A stretch of DNA of 64,000 nucleotides from assembly GCA_040223615.1 (NCBI GenBank), contig JAVKFY010000069.1, positions 1 to 64,000 on the forward strand, in the 5' to 3' direction. The notes under the pieces are model-generated. The model saw only the letters and a list, made by a program, of their open reading frames with translations, had not been told where the DNA came from and ran no database searches. The DNA is from Alphaproteobacteria bacterium (GTDB lineage Bacteria > Pseudomonadota > Alphaproteobacteria > GCA-2731375). Shown one piece after another: positions 1-8,862 of this stretch; the stretch's first letter is position 1; each line of letters starts with the position of its first letter. The position numbers were made by a program, and so were the translations under genes.

Positions 1-63
1 CAGGCCACGGCCGCCGGCGCCTTGCGTCGGCGGCGTGCCCCATCAGGTGGAGAGGACGCGCGA

Positions 64-390
64 ATGAAGTTTCTGCAGGCACGGCGCTACAGGCTGCTGC
101 ACTTCGTGCTGCTGGTGGCGCTCGTCGCGGTCGCGCTGAGCACCGCCATCTCCGCCACCCGCGCCGCCGACATGCCGGCAAACGCGCACGCTCGCACCTA
201 TGGCAGCGGATGGGAATGCGACCGCGGCTATCGCGTCGCGATTTTCCCGATGGATCGACCGTGGCAGGACGTCCCGCCATCGAGCCGGGCCGCGACGATG
301 TTGCGCACCACCGGCGTATCGCTGATGTCCGTCGGCGCCGATCCCGACGATACCGTCGACGCCGACCTGGAGCGGCCGGCGCGGATGTAG
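64..390 (+). CDS. hypothetical small secreted protein (N-terminal hydrophobic segment)
   Basis: ORF from internal Met (MKFLQARRYRLLHFVLLVALVAVALSTAISA...) with signal-peptide-like N-terminus; no recognisable family. Confidence 0.3.
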   Translation: MKFLQARRYRLLHFVLLVALVAVALSTAISATRAADMPANAHARTYGSGWECDRGYRVAIFPMDRPWQDVPPSSRAATMLRTTGVSLMSVGADPDDTVDADLERPARM

Positions 391-532
391 CGACGAGCAA
401 CCTGCGCGACCGCGACGCAGTGCCGGGCCGTAAGTCCGGCACTTTTCTGACACAGGTCATGCTCAATCAATTTTTTGCATATACGGTGTCGATACTGGAT
501 ATTCGCCCAGGTATGAAACGAGGGGGTGTGTC

Positions 533-1123
533 GTGGTGATTGGTGCATCGAAGGCATCTCGATGGCGTTTGGATCAGATGCCGCGGCCCGATGCCTGCTC
601 GCCTGGCGCACGCGGCTCTATCGACGACCCGACGCTCAACTGTCTGCACCCGGTGGGCAACGAGCTGGTCCGCCACTGGCGCAGCCTTCGGCCTGGCGAT
701 GGGTTCCCGTCCGAAGACGCCGTCGACCCCAATGCGATCCGTGCAATCTTGCCCCACATTCTCATGATCGACGTGGTGCACAACGAACCGCACAACTCCT
801 TCAAGTTTCGGTATCGCCTGGCCGGCACCGAGGTCACGCGGAGCTACGGCGCGATCACGGGAAAGTTCGTCGACGAGGCGCTGCGACCTGCGGCCCGGGA
901 GCGCTATGTCTGGGTACTGGATCGCGTGCTCGGCGAACGCTTGCCGTTGCGCAACATCGGGTACGCGCAACTCATCGAGCAGCGCTGGCAAATATCGGAA
1001 GTCGTGGTGCTACCGCTGGTCGACGGCGACGACATTAACGTGATGATCGGTTCGATCATCCGGTGGTACGACGACAATCCGCCGCCGACTGTGCAAGAAG
1101 CCTGGACCCGGCAGGCCGGATGA
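533..1123 (+). CDS. PAS-fold domain protein (small cytoplasmic sensor-like)
   Basis: 196-aa ORF, GTG start preceded by GAGGGGG; sequence pattern (…IDVVHNEPHNSFKFRYRLAGTEVTRSYGAITGKFVDE…) resembles single-PAS-domain proteins. Confidence 0.5.
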   Translation: MVIGASKASRWRLDQMPRPDACSPGARGSIDDPTLNCLHPVGNELVRHWRSLRPGDGFPSEDAVDPNAIRAILPHILMIDVVHNEPHNSFKFRYRLAGTEVTRSYGAITGKFVDEALRPAARERYVWVLDRVLGERLPLRNIGYAQLIEQRWQISEVVVLPLVDGDDINVMIGSIIRWYDDNPPPTVQEAWTRQAG

Positions 1124-1466
1124 AAAGGAACTACACGATGCCGGGACATGCAGCCGATAGCATCCTGCAGGGCGCCATCGAGGCGGAGGAATAGGGATCG
1201 GTCGTATCGGGCGACCAGTTCTACCGGCCAAAGACTCGACCCAGACCGTGCCGGCCTCTTTCGGGGAACGAGAACATCGCGCCAGTGAGGCGCCATCACC
1301 TCGAATCGTATTATCGAGAGGGCACGACAAGCCGTGGCGATCTGGAAGGAGGGAAACGATTTCCGCATCGGGCAGCGGACATCGAATTTCTAATGGTTCG
1401 CTGCTAACCAGAACGTTGCCCAAACCGCTGTCTTGATTGCGAAATCGCCTCAAAGTCATCGAAATT

Positions 1467-1542
1467 TGGTGCCGGCGGCAGGGCTCGAACCCGCGACCCC
1501 CTGATTACAAATCAGGTGCTCTTCCAGCTGAGCTACGCCGGC
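1467..1542 (-). tRNA. tRNA-Thr (anticodon UGU)
   Basis: 76-nt cloverleaf on the reverse strand: 7-bp acceptor GCCGGCG/CGCCGGC, D-arm GCTC-AGCTGGAA-GAGC, anticodon stem CCTGA/TCAGG with loop TTTGTAA (anticodon TGT), T-arm GCGGG-TTCGAGC-CCTGC, discriminator A + CCA encoded. Confidence 0.85.
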
Positions 1543-1611
1543 GCCGATCGGGTGACCTAGGTAGCCTCTCGATCGACGCGCGGCAACGGTTAACTCGTTC
1601 GGGTGTCGTCG

Positions 1612-2478
1612 CTATTGCCGCGGCACCAGACGGATCGGGCCGGCGCCGGTCGCGGGCGTGGCGTCGGCGGTTGTCAGCGCCGCGGTCGGCATCGGCGCAG
1701 CGGCGGTCGTCGGCGCCGGCGCCGGTGCTGCCAGGGCGGCCGCCGCCTGTCGGCGCTCGGCCAGCGCCCGCGTCATCGCCTGCACGCGCGGGTCCTTCGG
1801 CGCCAGTTCGCGCGCCTTGTCCGCGAAGCTCTCCGCCAGCGCCAGGTCGCCGCGCTTGCTTACCTTGTGGGCCAGATCGACATAGCGGATGCCGAGGTGC
1901 AGCAGGCCGTCATGCGCCGGCTGGTGTTCGGGCGCCAGCGCCAGAACCTGTTCGTAGCTCTCGCGGGCGTTGTCGCCAGCCGGCGTGGTCAGCTTCAACT
2001 CCCGGGTCTGCCGCACGGCGCGCTCCATCAGGGTGGCGATCCGGGTCGCCTGGTCGTCGACGGACACGCCATCGTCGCGCGGCGCGGCGGCCGGCTCGGC
2101 GACGGTGAACGCCTCTTCCACGGACCGGACGGTGGGCACCTGAGCCCCGGGCTGCTCGCGCGCCGTGGCGCTGTTGACCAGGCGCGGCATCAGGTCCGTC
2201 AACGTCGCCGCGGTTTGTTGCGAGGTCGACGGCACGGGTGCCGACACCTCGGCGACATCACCGGGACGCCAGTTGTACTGCGTTGCGTACCAGACCACGC
2301 CCGCCGCGCCGGCGGTGAAGCCGACTCCCATCACCCCGCCGGCAACGACGCACTGCAACAGCCGCGCGGCCCAGCGCCGGCGCGGTTTGCGCGTAGGTGC
2401 CAGGTGAGGAGCGGGTCGCTCGGCAGCGACATCGGCGCCAAGCGACGGCGAATTCAGGCGTGCGCTATCGTTGTACAT
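1612..2478 (-). CDS. membrane-anchored TPR-like repeat protein (hypothetical)
   Basis: 288-aa ORF with one N-terminal TM helix (LLQCVVAGGVMGVGFTAGAAGVVWY) and TPR-like helical repeats in the C-terminal half; Ala/Pro-rich tail. Confidence 0.45.
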   Translation of the reverse strand: MYNDSARLNSPSLGADVAAERPAPHLAPTRKPRRRWAARLLQCVVAGGVMGVGFTAGAAGVVWYATQYNWRPGDVAEVSAPVPSTSQQTAATLTDLMPRLVNSATAREQPGAQVPTVRSVEEAFTVAEPAAAPRDDGVSVDDQATRIATLMERAVRQTRELKLTTPAGDNARESYEQVLALAPEHQPAHDGLLHLGIRYVDLAHKVSKRGDLALAESFADKARELAPKDPRVQAMTRALAERRQAAAALAAPAPAPTTAAAPMPTAALTTADATPATGAGPIRLVPRQ

Positions 2479-2586
2479 GGAGCCTCCTCCATGCAGCTGT
2501 CGGCCTTCCTGCCACGGGGCCTTCAGATGCGGGTTTTCGATCCAGTTACCGATTCAACGGGGTGCTACCGGATTCGGTTCCGCGAC

Positions 2587-3819
2587 CTATTCGTGGCGCA
2601 GGGCGTCGATCGGGTTCAAACGGCTGGCGCGGTGCGCCGGATACAGGCCGAAAAACATGCCGACCAGGGCCGAGGACGCCACCGATAGCGCGATGATCGT
2701 CGGCTCGATAACCACCGGGAATTCGCCGCCGCGCGCAATCACCACCGTGACCAGCACGCCGGCGGCCAGGCCGATCAGGCCGCCGGTCAGGCACAGCACC
2801 ACCGCTTCGACCAGGAACTGGTTGCGGATGTCGCGCCGGCGCGCGCCCAAAGCCATGCGCAGGCCGATCTCGCGGGTCCGTTCGGTCACCGCGACCAGCA
2901 TGATGTTCATGATCCCGATGCCACCGACCACCAGCGAGATGCCAGCGGTCGCGGCCAGCAGCAGGCCGAGCTGGCTGGAGGTCTCGTTGCGCGCCATCAC
3001 CGACTCGGTGGCGTCACGCACGTAGAAATCGTCCTCGCCGCCGGGCGGCACCTTGCGCCGCGCCCGCAACACCGCTTCCATCTCCGACTTCACCGCGTCG
3101 AGCTGATCCGGCAACGCCGCCTCGGCGAGTATCAACCGGACCTCGTCGCGCACCGTCACCCGGCGCCCGAACAGCCGCTTGCGCGCCGTGGTGATCGGCA
3201 CGATCACCTGGTCGTCCTGATCCGATCCCCAGGCCGACTCGCCCTTGCGGTCGAGCACGCCGATGACGTCGAACGGCACCGCCCCGATCCGCACCGTGCT
3301 GCCAAGCGGCGAGGTATCGCCGAACAGTTCCTCGCGCACTTTCTCGCCGAGTAGCGCCACCTTGACGCCGCCGCGCACCTCGGCGTCGCTGAACGCGCGC
3401 CCCTCCGCCACCGACCAGTCACGCACTTCCAGGTAGTCGGCGTCGGCGCCGATGATGCCGGTGGTCCAGTTGGCGTTGCCGTAGACCAGCGGCTGGTTGC
3501 GACGCATGTAGCCGGCCACCGCGACCAGGCCCGGCACCTCGTCGCGCAGCGCCGCGACGTCGCGGTCGGTCAGCGGCGACGGCGGCTCCTCGCCCTGCTG
3601 GCGCGGCCGGCGCGAACTGTCGCCGGCCCGCACGGTCAGCAGGTTGGCACCGATATTGGCGATCTCCTCCTCGACCTTCTGCTTGGCGCCGCTGCTCACC
3701 GAGACCATGACGATGACCGAGCCGACGCCGATGATCACGCCCAGCATCGCCAGCAGGCTGCGCAACGCGTTGACCCTGAGCGCGACCAGCGCGATGCGCA
3801 CCGAGACCAGCAGGTTCAT
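2587..3819 (-). CDS. ABC transporter permease, MacB/FtsX family (DevC-like)
   Basis: 410 aa; N-terminal TM, large periplasmic domain, C-terminal FtsX-type 3-TM bundle; ATGA overlap with upstream ATPase gene. Confidence 0.85.
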   Translation of the reverse strand: MNLLVSVRIALVALRVNALRSLLAMLGVIIGVGSVIVMVSVSSGAKQKVEEEIANIGANLLTVRAGDSSRRPRQQGEEPPSPLTDRDVAALRDEVPGLVAVAGYMRRNQPLVYGNANWTTGIIGADADYLEVRDWSVAEGRAFSDAEVRGGVKVALLGEKVREELFGDTSPLGSTVRIGAVPFDVIGVLDRKGESAWGSDQDDQVIVPITTARKRLFGRRVTVRDEVRLILAEAALPDQLDAVKSEMEAVLRARRKVPPGGEDDFYVRDATESVMARNETSSQLGLLLAATAGISLVVGGIGIMNIMLVAVTERTREIGLRMALGARRRDIRNQFLVEAVVLCLTGGLIGLAAGVLVTVVIARGGEFPVVIEPTIIALSVASSALVGMFFGLYPAHRASRLNPIDALRHE

Positions 3820-4529
3820 GGCGTCGTCTCGGATGGCGCGGCGGCGCTGTCCTCGGCCAGGCGGCCATCGTGGAACACCAGGCGGCGACGCGCGCAGGCG
3901 GCGATCTCGGCCTCGTGGGTGACCAGCACAACGGTAATTCCGTCACGGTTGAGCGCGTCGAAGATTGCCATGATCTCGCCCGAGGTCTGGCTGTCGAGCG
4001 CGCCGGTCGGCTCGTCGGCGAGCAGGATCGAGGGCCGGTTGACCAGTGCGCGGGCAATCGCCACGCGCTGCTGCTGGCCGCCGGAAAGCTGCGCCGGGTG
4101 GTGGTCCATGCGATCGGCCAGGCCGACTCGCTCCAGGCTCTCCGTGGCGCGGCGCCGGCGCTCGGCGGCGCCGATGCCGGCATAGACCAGCGGCAGCTCG
4201 ACATTGTGCAGCGCCGTGGTCCGGGGCAGCAGGTTGAACTGCTGGAACACGAAGCCGATGGCCCGGTTCCGAAATGCCGCCAGCGCGTCGGCGCCAAGGC
4301 CGCCGAGATCGCTGCCGTCGACGGTCAGCCTGCCGGCGCTCGGCACGTCGAGCGCACCCAGCAGGTTCATGAAGGTCGACTTGCCGGACCCGGACGGCCC
4401 CATCACCGCGACATACGCGCCGGCCTCGACGGCGAGCGACACGCCGCGCAGCGCCGCCACCTCGGTCTCGCCCATCTGGTAGGTCTTGTGCACGTCCTCC
4501 GCGCGGATCAGCGCTGTCGCGGCGGCCAT
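3816..4529 (-). CDS. ABC transporter ATP-binding protein (MacB/LolD-type, DevA-like)
   Basis: Walker A GPSGSGKST, signature LSGGQQQRVAIARAL, Walker B ILLADEPTGALD. Confidence 0.9.
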   Translation of the reverse strand: MAAATALIRAEDVHKTYQMGETEVAALRGVSLAVEAGAYVAVMGPSGSGKSTFMNLLGALDVPSAGRLTVDGSDLGGLGADALAAFRNRAIGFVFQQFNLLPRTTALHNVELPLVYAGIGAAERRRRATESLERVGLADRMDHHPAQLSGGQQQRVAIARALVNRPSILLADEPTGALDSQTSGEIMAIFDALNRDGITVVLVTHEAEIAACARRRLVFHDGRLAEDSAAAPSETTP

Positions 4530-4539
4530 TACCCGAGCC

Positions 4540-5970
4540 TCACTCGACCGCCTCGCGTGCCCGCAACACCACGACGTCGCCGGCGTTCAGCGCGTCGCTC
4601 GATACCTCGGTGACGCGCGCGTCGGAAATCCCGAGGCGGACGCGTCGAGCGGCGATCTTGCCGTCGTCGAGCCGCACCCAGACACTGCCGAACCGTATCT
4701 GCGCCACGCGCTCGGAGATCGCATCGTAGTTGGCGAGCTGCGCCGGGGACAGAACGCCGGACATCGCCTGACGGAACCGTTGGCGCATCGCTTCGCGATC
4801 GACATCGCCCGTAGTCATCTGGGCGGCCATGCCGGCGAAGGCTTGCTTCAGTGCCGCCTGGGCCTGCTCGACCTGCTCCGGCGTCATCTCCAGCTGCGGC
4901 GCCAGCCGTTCCAGGATGCGCGTTGACCGGCCGCCTTCCTGATCGGATCTCTGCACCAGCGCCCGCGCGCCGCCACGCGGGCGGAACCGCAAGGCCCCGT
5001 TCGGCACGGTCAGCACGCCCGCCCGCTCGCCGGTGACGATATCGACATTCGCGGTCATGCCAGGCAACAGCAGCCGGCGCGGGTTCGCCGCCGCGATCAC
5101 CACAGTGTAGGTGACGACGTTCTGCGCCTCGACGCCGGCGAGGCGGATCTGCTGCACCCTGCCCTCAAAGTTCACGTCGGGGTGAGCGTCGACGGTGAAC
5201 TTCACGGTCTGGCCCTCCTCGACCTGGCCGATGTCGGCCTCGTCGACCTGGGCGTCAATCTGCACCTCGCGCAGATCCTGGGCGATGACGAACAGCTTCG
5301 GCGCGTTCATCGCCGCCGCCACCGTCTGGCCCAGGTCGATGGCGCGGTCGATCACCACGCCGTCGATCGGCGCCCGGATGATGGTGCGTTCCAGGTCGAT
5401 ACGGGCGCTCTTCAAGGCGGCCTGGCGCTGGCGCAGGGTCGCCTTGGCGTTGGCGAGCTGGGCCTCGGCCACCGCCACCTCGGCCTGGCTGGTGGCCAGC
5501 GCGGTCTTGGCGTTGTCGTAGGCCGCCGCCGACATGTTGCCGCGCTTCACCAGCGCCTCGGCGCGCCGGAAGCTGTCCTCCGCCTGGCTCAGGTTGGCGC
5601 GCACGCGGGCAATGGCGGCGGCCTGCACCGCGACACCGGCCTGGGCGACGGCGACCGTGGCTTCCGCCTCGCTGACCCTGGCCTCGAAGGTCTTCGGATC
5701 GAGCCGGGCGATCACGTCGCCCTCGGCGACCTGGCTATTGAAGTCGGCGCCGAGTTCGGCGATCTGACCGGAGAGCTGCGAGCCGACTTCGACGGTGACC
5801 AACGCGCGCACCTTGCCGGACGTCGAGACCAGACGGCGCACGTCGGCAACCGCGACCTCGCCGGTTTCCAGCGTGACGCTGTTCTCGGCCGGCTGTTGCC
5901 ATTGCACGACGCCATAGGCGCCAGCGCCAATCAGCAACAGCACGGCTGCGATCAGCCCGATCCGCTTCAT
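4540..5970 (-). CDS. efflux transporter periplasmic adaptor subunit (HlyD/MacA/DevB family)
   Basis: 476 aa, N-terminal signal anchor, long coiled-coil rich in A/Q/E, beta-barrel/lipoyl-like segments typical of membrane fusion proteins; immediately upstream of the ATPase/permease pair. Confidence 0.85.
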   Translation of the reverse strand: MKRIGLIAAVLLLIGAGAYGVVQWQQPAENSVTLETGEVAVADVRRLVSTSGKVRALVTVEVGSQLSGQIAELGADFNSQVAEGDVIARLDPKTFEARVSEAEATVAVAQAGVAVQAAAIARVRANLSQAEDSFRRAEALVKRGNMSAAAYDNAKTALATSQAEVAVAEAQLANAKATLRQRQAALKSARIDLERTIIRAPIDGVVIDRAIDLGQTVAAAMNAPKLFVIAQDLREVQIDAQVDEADIGQVEEGQTVKFTVDAHPDVNFEGRVQQIRLAGVEAQNVVTYTVVIAAANPRRLLLPGMTANVDIVTGERAGVLTVPNGALRFRPRGGARALVQRSDQEGGRSTRILERLAPQLEMTPEQVEQAQAALKQAFAGMAAQMTTGDVDREAMRQRFRQAMSGVLSPAQLANYDAISERVAQIRFGSVWVRLDDGKIAARRVRLGISDARVTEVSSDALNAGDVVVLRAREAVE

Positions 5971-6037
5971 CGCGTCCGTCCCCAGGGCTCAAACCATTGG
6001 CGGTTATACGCCCATTCGCGGTCGCTCCGGCGGGAAA

Positions 6038-6484
6038 TCAGGCCAGATCGGCGAGCACCTGATCGATATGCTCGGCCGGCACCACCTTGCCGTAGACCTT
6101 GGCGATCCGCCCTTCCGCGTCGATCAGGTAGCTGATCCGGGCCGGATAGCCCTGGTCGGCGCTGTCGGCCGCGCCATAGGCCATGGAGACCGACCGGTCC
6201 TCGTCCGACAGCAGGTCGTACGGGAAGTCGAACTTGGCCTTGAAGGCACGGTTGTCGGCCGGCGCGTCACAGCTGATGCCGATGACGACGGCATTGCGGC
6301 TGGTGAAGTCCTGGATTCGATCACGGAACCCTTTGCCTTCGATGGTTCAGCCCGGCGTATCGGCCTTCGGGTACCACCACAGCACCACCTGGTGCCCGCG
6401 GTAGTTCTCCAGGGCGGTGGCGACACCGTCCTGGTTGCGCAGGCTGAAGGCCGGTGCCTCGTCGCCCACTTTCAACAGCGCCAT
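6038..6484 (-). CDS. bcp: thiol peroxidase Bcp (peroxiredoxin, AhpC/TSA family) with in-frame TGA at the peroxidatic Cys position; putative selenocysteine-containing peroxiredoxin (alternatively a pseudogene)
   Basis: Manual translation of the reverse strand gives MALLKVGDEAPAFSLRNQDGVVATALENYRGHQVVLWWYPKADTPG[TGA]TIEGKGFRDRIQDFTSRNAVVIGISCDAPADNRAFKAKFDFPYDLLSDEDRSVSMAYGAADSADQGYPARISYLIDAEGRIAKVYGKVVPAEHIDQVLADLA (149 codons). It is co-linear with E. coli Bcp (YFYPKAMTPGCTVQACGLRD… LLSDED… ISFLIDADGKI). Codon 46, which is the peroxidatic Cys in Bcp, is TGA (plus-strand tca 6347-6349). RBS GGAGGA lies 7 nt upstream of the ATG at 6484. Confidence 0.6.
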
Positions 6485-6518
6485 GCGGTTTCCTCCGTCG
6501 TGGCGGCCTCGGAAATCG

Positions 6519-6947
6519 TCAGATCAACTTGGTGCAACTGGACAGCGCCATCTCCGCCGCCTGCGCCAGCGCCGCTTCTTCGGCGGCGATACCGGGCTCG
6601 GCCAGCGGCGCACTGCCGAATTGCGACTTGGTGATGCTGCGGCCGGCCAGCGTCACGCGGCACAGAACGATCAACTCGCCCTCGACCCGGCGCCGTTCGG
6701 TGATCTCGTAGCGCCAGCCCTCGGCGCCGAAGCGCTGGTCCAGCGCCTGCACGGCGGCGGAGCGTTCCGCATCCAGCGGTCCGTAGCGCTTGCGCGGTGC
6801 CAGTCCGGAACCGCTACCCGATACCGGGCTTGAGGTCGTCGCCGCGCGCGACGAGGCCGGTGTGCTCAGGATGCGGTCGAACTGCTCGCGGTTCTGCTCC
6901 AGCAGCTTGTCGAAGGCCGAGGTGAAGCCGCTGGGTTCGTCGGCCAT
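6519..6947 (-). CDS. hypothetical protein (142 aa) with weak Rad52/Mgm101-like motif
   Basis: Starts MADEPSGFTSAFDKLLEQNREQ…; its ATG overlaps the TGA of the upstream membrane-protein gene (ATGA at 6945-6949). Segment RKRYGPLDAE…ALDQRFGAEGWRYEI…LIVLCRVTLAGRS loosely resembles the Rad52 LGPEYIS…FGYNGW…VRVQLKDGS motif block. The match is low confidence. Confidence 0.4.
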   Translation of the reverse strand: MADEPSGFTSAFDKLLEQNREQFDRILSTPASSRAATTSSPVSGSGSGLAPRKRYGPLDAERSAAVQALDQRFGAEGWRYEITERRRVEGELIVLCRVTLAGRSITKSQFGSAPLAEPGIAAEEAALAQAAEMALSSCTKLI

Positions 6948-7468
6948 CAGTCGTTGCCGCGCCGGCGCACCGGCGGCTGCCGTCGGCCGGACCAGCCGCC
7001 GCGGAACAGCCGCACCAGGTGGTGCAGCAGGTAGAACACGATCGCCAGCAGCACCAGCAGCACGATCGCCAGCAACTGCTCGCCGAAGGTGCCGCCAATC
7101 ACCTCGCCCTTGCCGACCAGGTGTTCGCCCATCATCTCGATGATCTGCAGGATGCCGCCGGCGCAGAAGATCACCGCGACCAGGATCGCCACCTGCAGTG
7201 TCTCGAACACCAGCGCCTCGACGTCGAGCGAGTCGACCTTGCGGAAGATGTGCCGGGCGAAGGACGACCAGTGCGCCACCACGTAGCCGACCACGCCGAT
7301 CAGCGACGCGAACCAGAACACCGCGTTGTGGAATCGAATGTTCGGGATCGCCTCGACAACGAACTGCTCGAACGGCTGATAGTAGTAAAGGAAGATCAGC
7401 CCGATCACGACGGCGACGACGACAATCCAGAACCGGTTGCGTCGGAGGTCGTCGCTGTCGTCTGCCAT
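6947..7468 (-). CDS. small integral membrane protein (4 predicted TM helices), unknown function
   Basis: 173 aa, MADDSDDLRRNRFWIVVVAVVIGLIFLYYY…; natural codon usage and strongly hydrophobic helices; translationally coupled to the downstream gene. Confidence 0.55.
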   Translation of the reverse strand: MADDSDDLRRNRFWIVVVAVVIGLIFLYYYQPFEQFVVEAIPNIRFHNAVFWFASLIGVVGYVVAHWSSFARHIFRKVDSLDVEALVFETLQVAILVAVIFCAGGILQIIEMMGEHLVGKGEVIGGTFGEQLLAIVLLVLLAIVFYLLHHLVRLFRGGWSGRRQPPVRRRGND

Positions 7469-7662
7469 GATGTGCTGTCGCCGCCGCTAGCCTGTTGCGC
7501 GGCGAAATCCTAACCCAAATGCCCGACCTGTCAAAACCGTCCGCCCATCTGCGCATTGACGGTTTTCCACCTTCGGGCGAACATCGGTCCTGCCCACGGC
7601 TCGCTCATCGACGCCGGGGCCAAGGGGCGCCGTCTGAGCGCCGGTTTTGGGAGGAGTTCAAA

Positions 7663-8835
7663 ATGTACAAGGCCCTTATGGCCGCGACGGCGCTCGCGGC
7701 GCTGTCCTGGTCCGCCGCCGCGACGGCAGCGGACGTGAAGATCGGCGTGCTCTATCCGATCACCGGCGGCGGCGCCGTCTACGGCGTGCCGGCGATGGAA
7801 GGCAACCGGATGGCCGTCGAGGAGGTGAATGCCGCCGGCGGCATCCTCGGCAACAAAGTTGTGATCGTCGAGCGCGACAGCAAGCTGAATCCGGCCGAGG
7901 CCGCCGCTGCCGCCAAGGAAATGATCACCAAGGACGGCGTCAACGTGATCCTCGGCGGGCTCAGCTCGGCGGTCGGACTGGCGGTCTCGGAGGTCGCGCG
8001 ACAGGAGAAGGTGATCTACATCGCCACCATCCCCAAGACCATCCAGATGACCACGACGAAGCTGCACCCCTACGTGTTCCGCACCGCCTCGCACACCGAC
8101 TTCGAAGGTGACGCGATGGCGCAACTGGTGAAGCAGGTCGGCACCAAGAAGCTGTGCGACATCCAGCTCGACTACGCCTACGGCCACGACCTGGCCGCCG
8201 GCATCGAGAAGGGCATGAAGCGGCACGCGCCTGACATCCCGAAGGTGCTGGACCTGCGCTCCAAGCTCGGCGCCACCGACTACAACGCGGTGATCACCCA
8301 GCTCCTGGGCGCCGACTGCGACACCGTGACCAGCGGCCTGTGGGGCTCGCACTTCGTCAACTTCGCGCAGCAGGCCAAGCCGTTCGGCTTCTTCGAGCAG
8401 AAGCGCTACATCTCCGGCGGCGAGATCGCCAGCCACGAGATCGCCGGCAAGATGGGCAAGGACTATCCGGAGAACGTGTGGTCGAACACCTACGAGCTCT
8501 GGTACGACCACCCGACCAAGATGCACGAGGAGTTCCACGCCCGCCTGTCGAAGCGCACCGGCAGCGAGGAAACCGCGATGTGGCCGGTGCTGGCCTGGAT
8601 CGGCGTGAAGTTCTACGCCGGTGCCGCCAATGCCGCCGGCAGCCTGGACGCGGACAAGGTCGCGGAAAAGCTGAAGGGCATGTCGATCGACACGCCGGTC
8701 GGCAAGCGCACGATCAACCCCGCCGACCACCAGGCCGACACCGGTCAGTTCTGGGGTCCGATGGTGAACAAGGAAGGGTTCAAGTATCGGGTCATGGACC
8801 CGGTCACCTACATCCCGGCCAAGATCGACAACTAG
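7663..8835 (+). CDS. branched-chain amino acid ABC transporter substrate-binding protein (LivK/LivJ family)
   Basis: Start MYKALMAATALAALSWSAAATA (signal peptide) preceded by GGGAGGAG; periplasmic binding protein type I features (VKIGVLYPITGGGAVYG…). Confidence 0.85.
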   Translation: MYKALMAATALAALSWSAAATAADVKIGVLYPITGGGAVYGVPAMEGNRMAVEEVNAAGGILGNKVVIVERDSKLNPAEAAAAAKEMITKDGVNVILGGLSSAVGLAVSEVARQEKVIYIATIPKTIQMTTTKLHPYVFRTASHTDFEGDAMAQLVKQVGTKKLCDIQLDYAYGHDLAAGIEKGMKRHAPDIPKVLDLRSKLGATDYNAVITQLLGADCDTVTSGLWGSHFVNFAQQAKPFGFFEQKRYISGGEIASHEIAGKMGKDYPENVWSNTYELWYDHPTKMHEEFHARLSKRTGSEETAMWPVLAWIGVKFYAGAANAAGSLDADKVAEKLKGMSIDTPVGKRTINPADHQADTGQFWGPMVNKEGFKYRVMDPVTYIPAKIDN

Positions 8836-8862
8836 GTCTGGCTTACGCCTGAACCCCGGCTC

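Noticed and set aside
1138-1194. 18-codon ORF MPGHAADSILQGAIEAEE between the PAS gene and tRNA-Thr
   Set aside because: No RBS is present, it is very short, and there is no supporting signal. It is probably a chance ORF in the tRNA upstream region
1603-2688. 361-aa Arg/Gly-rich plus-strand ORF (and many similar long ORFs such as 12254..13507-, 12930..15305-, 15238..16977-, 17474..18430-, 18464..19609-, 19429..20820-, 21625..23883+, 24517..25986+, 27237..28934+, 35805..37331+, 40540..42669-, 42527..44143-, 44002..45777+, 47778..49604+)
   Set aside because: These are antisense or off-frame read-throughs typical of high-GC DNA. Their translations are low-complexity R/G/A/P-rich. Each overlaps a recognisable family member with normal composition on the other strand or frame
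6519-7556. 345-aa ORF on reverse strand
   Set aside because: It spans two real genes that are in different frames and joined by an ATGA overlap. Its N-terminal 200 aa are an R/G-rich off-frame translation of the membrane-protein gene
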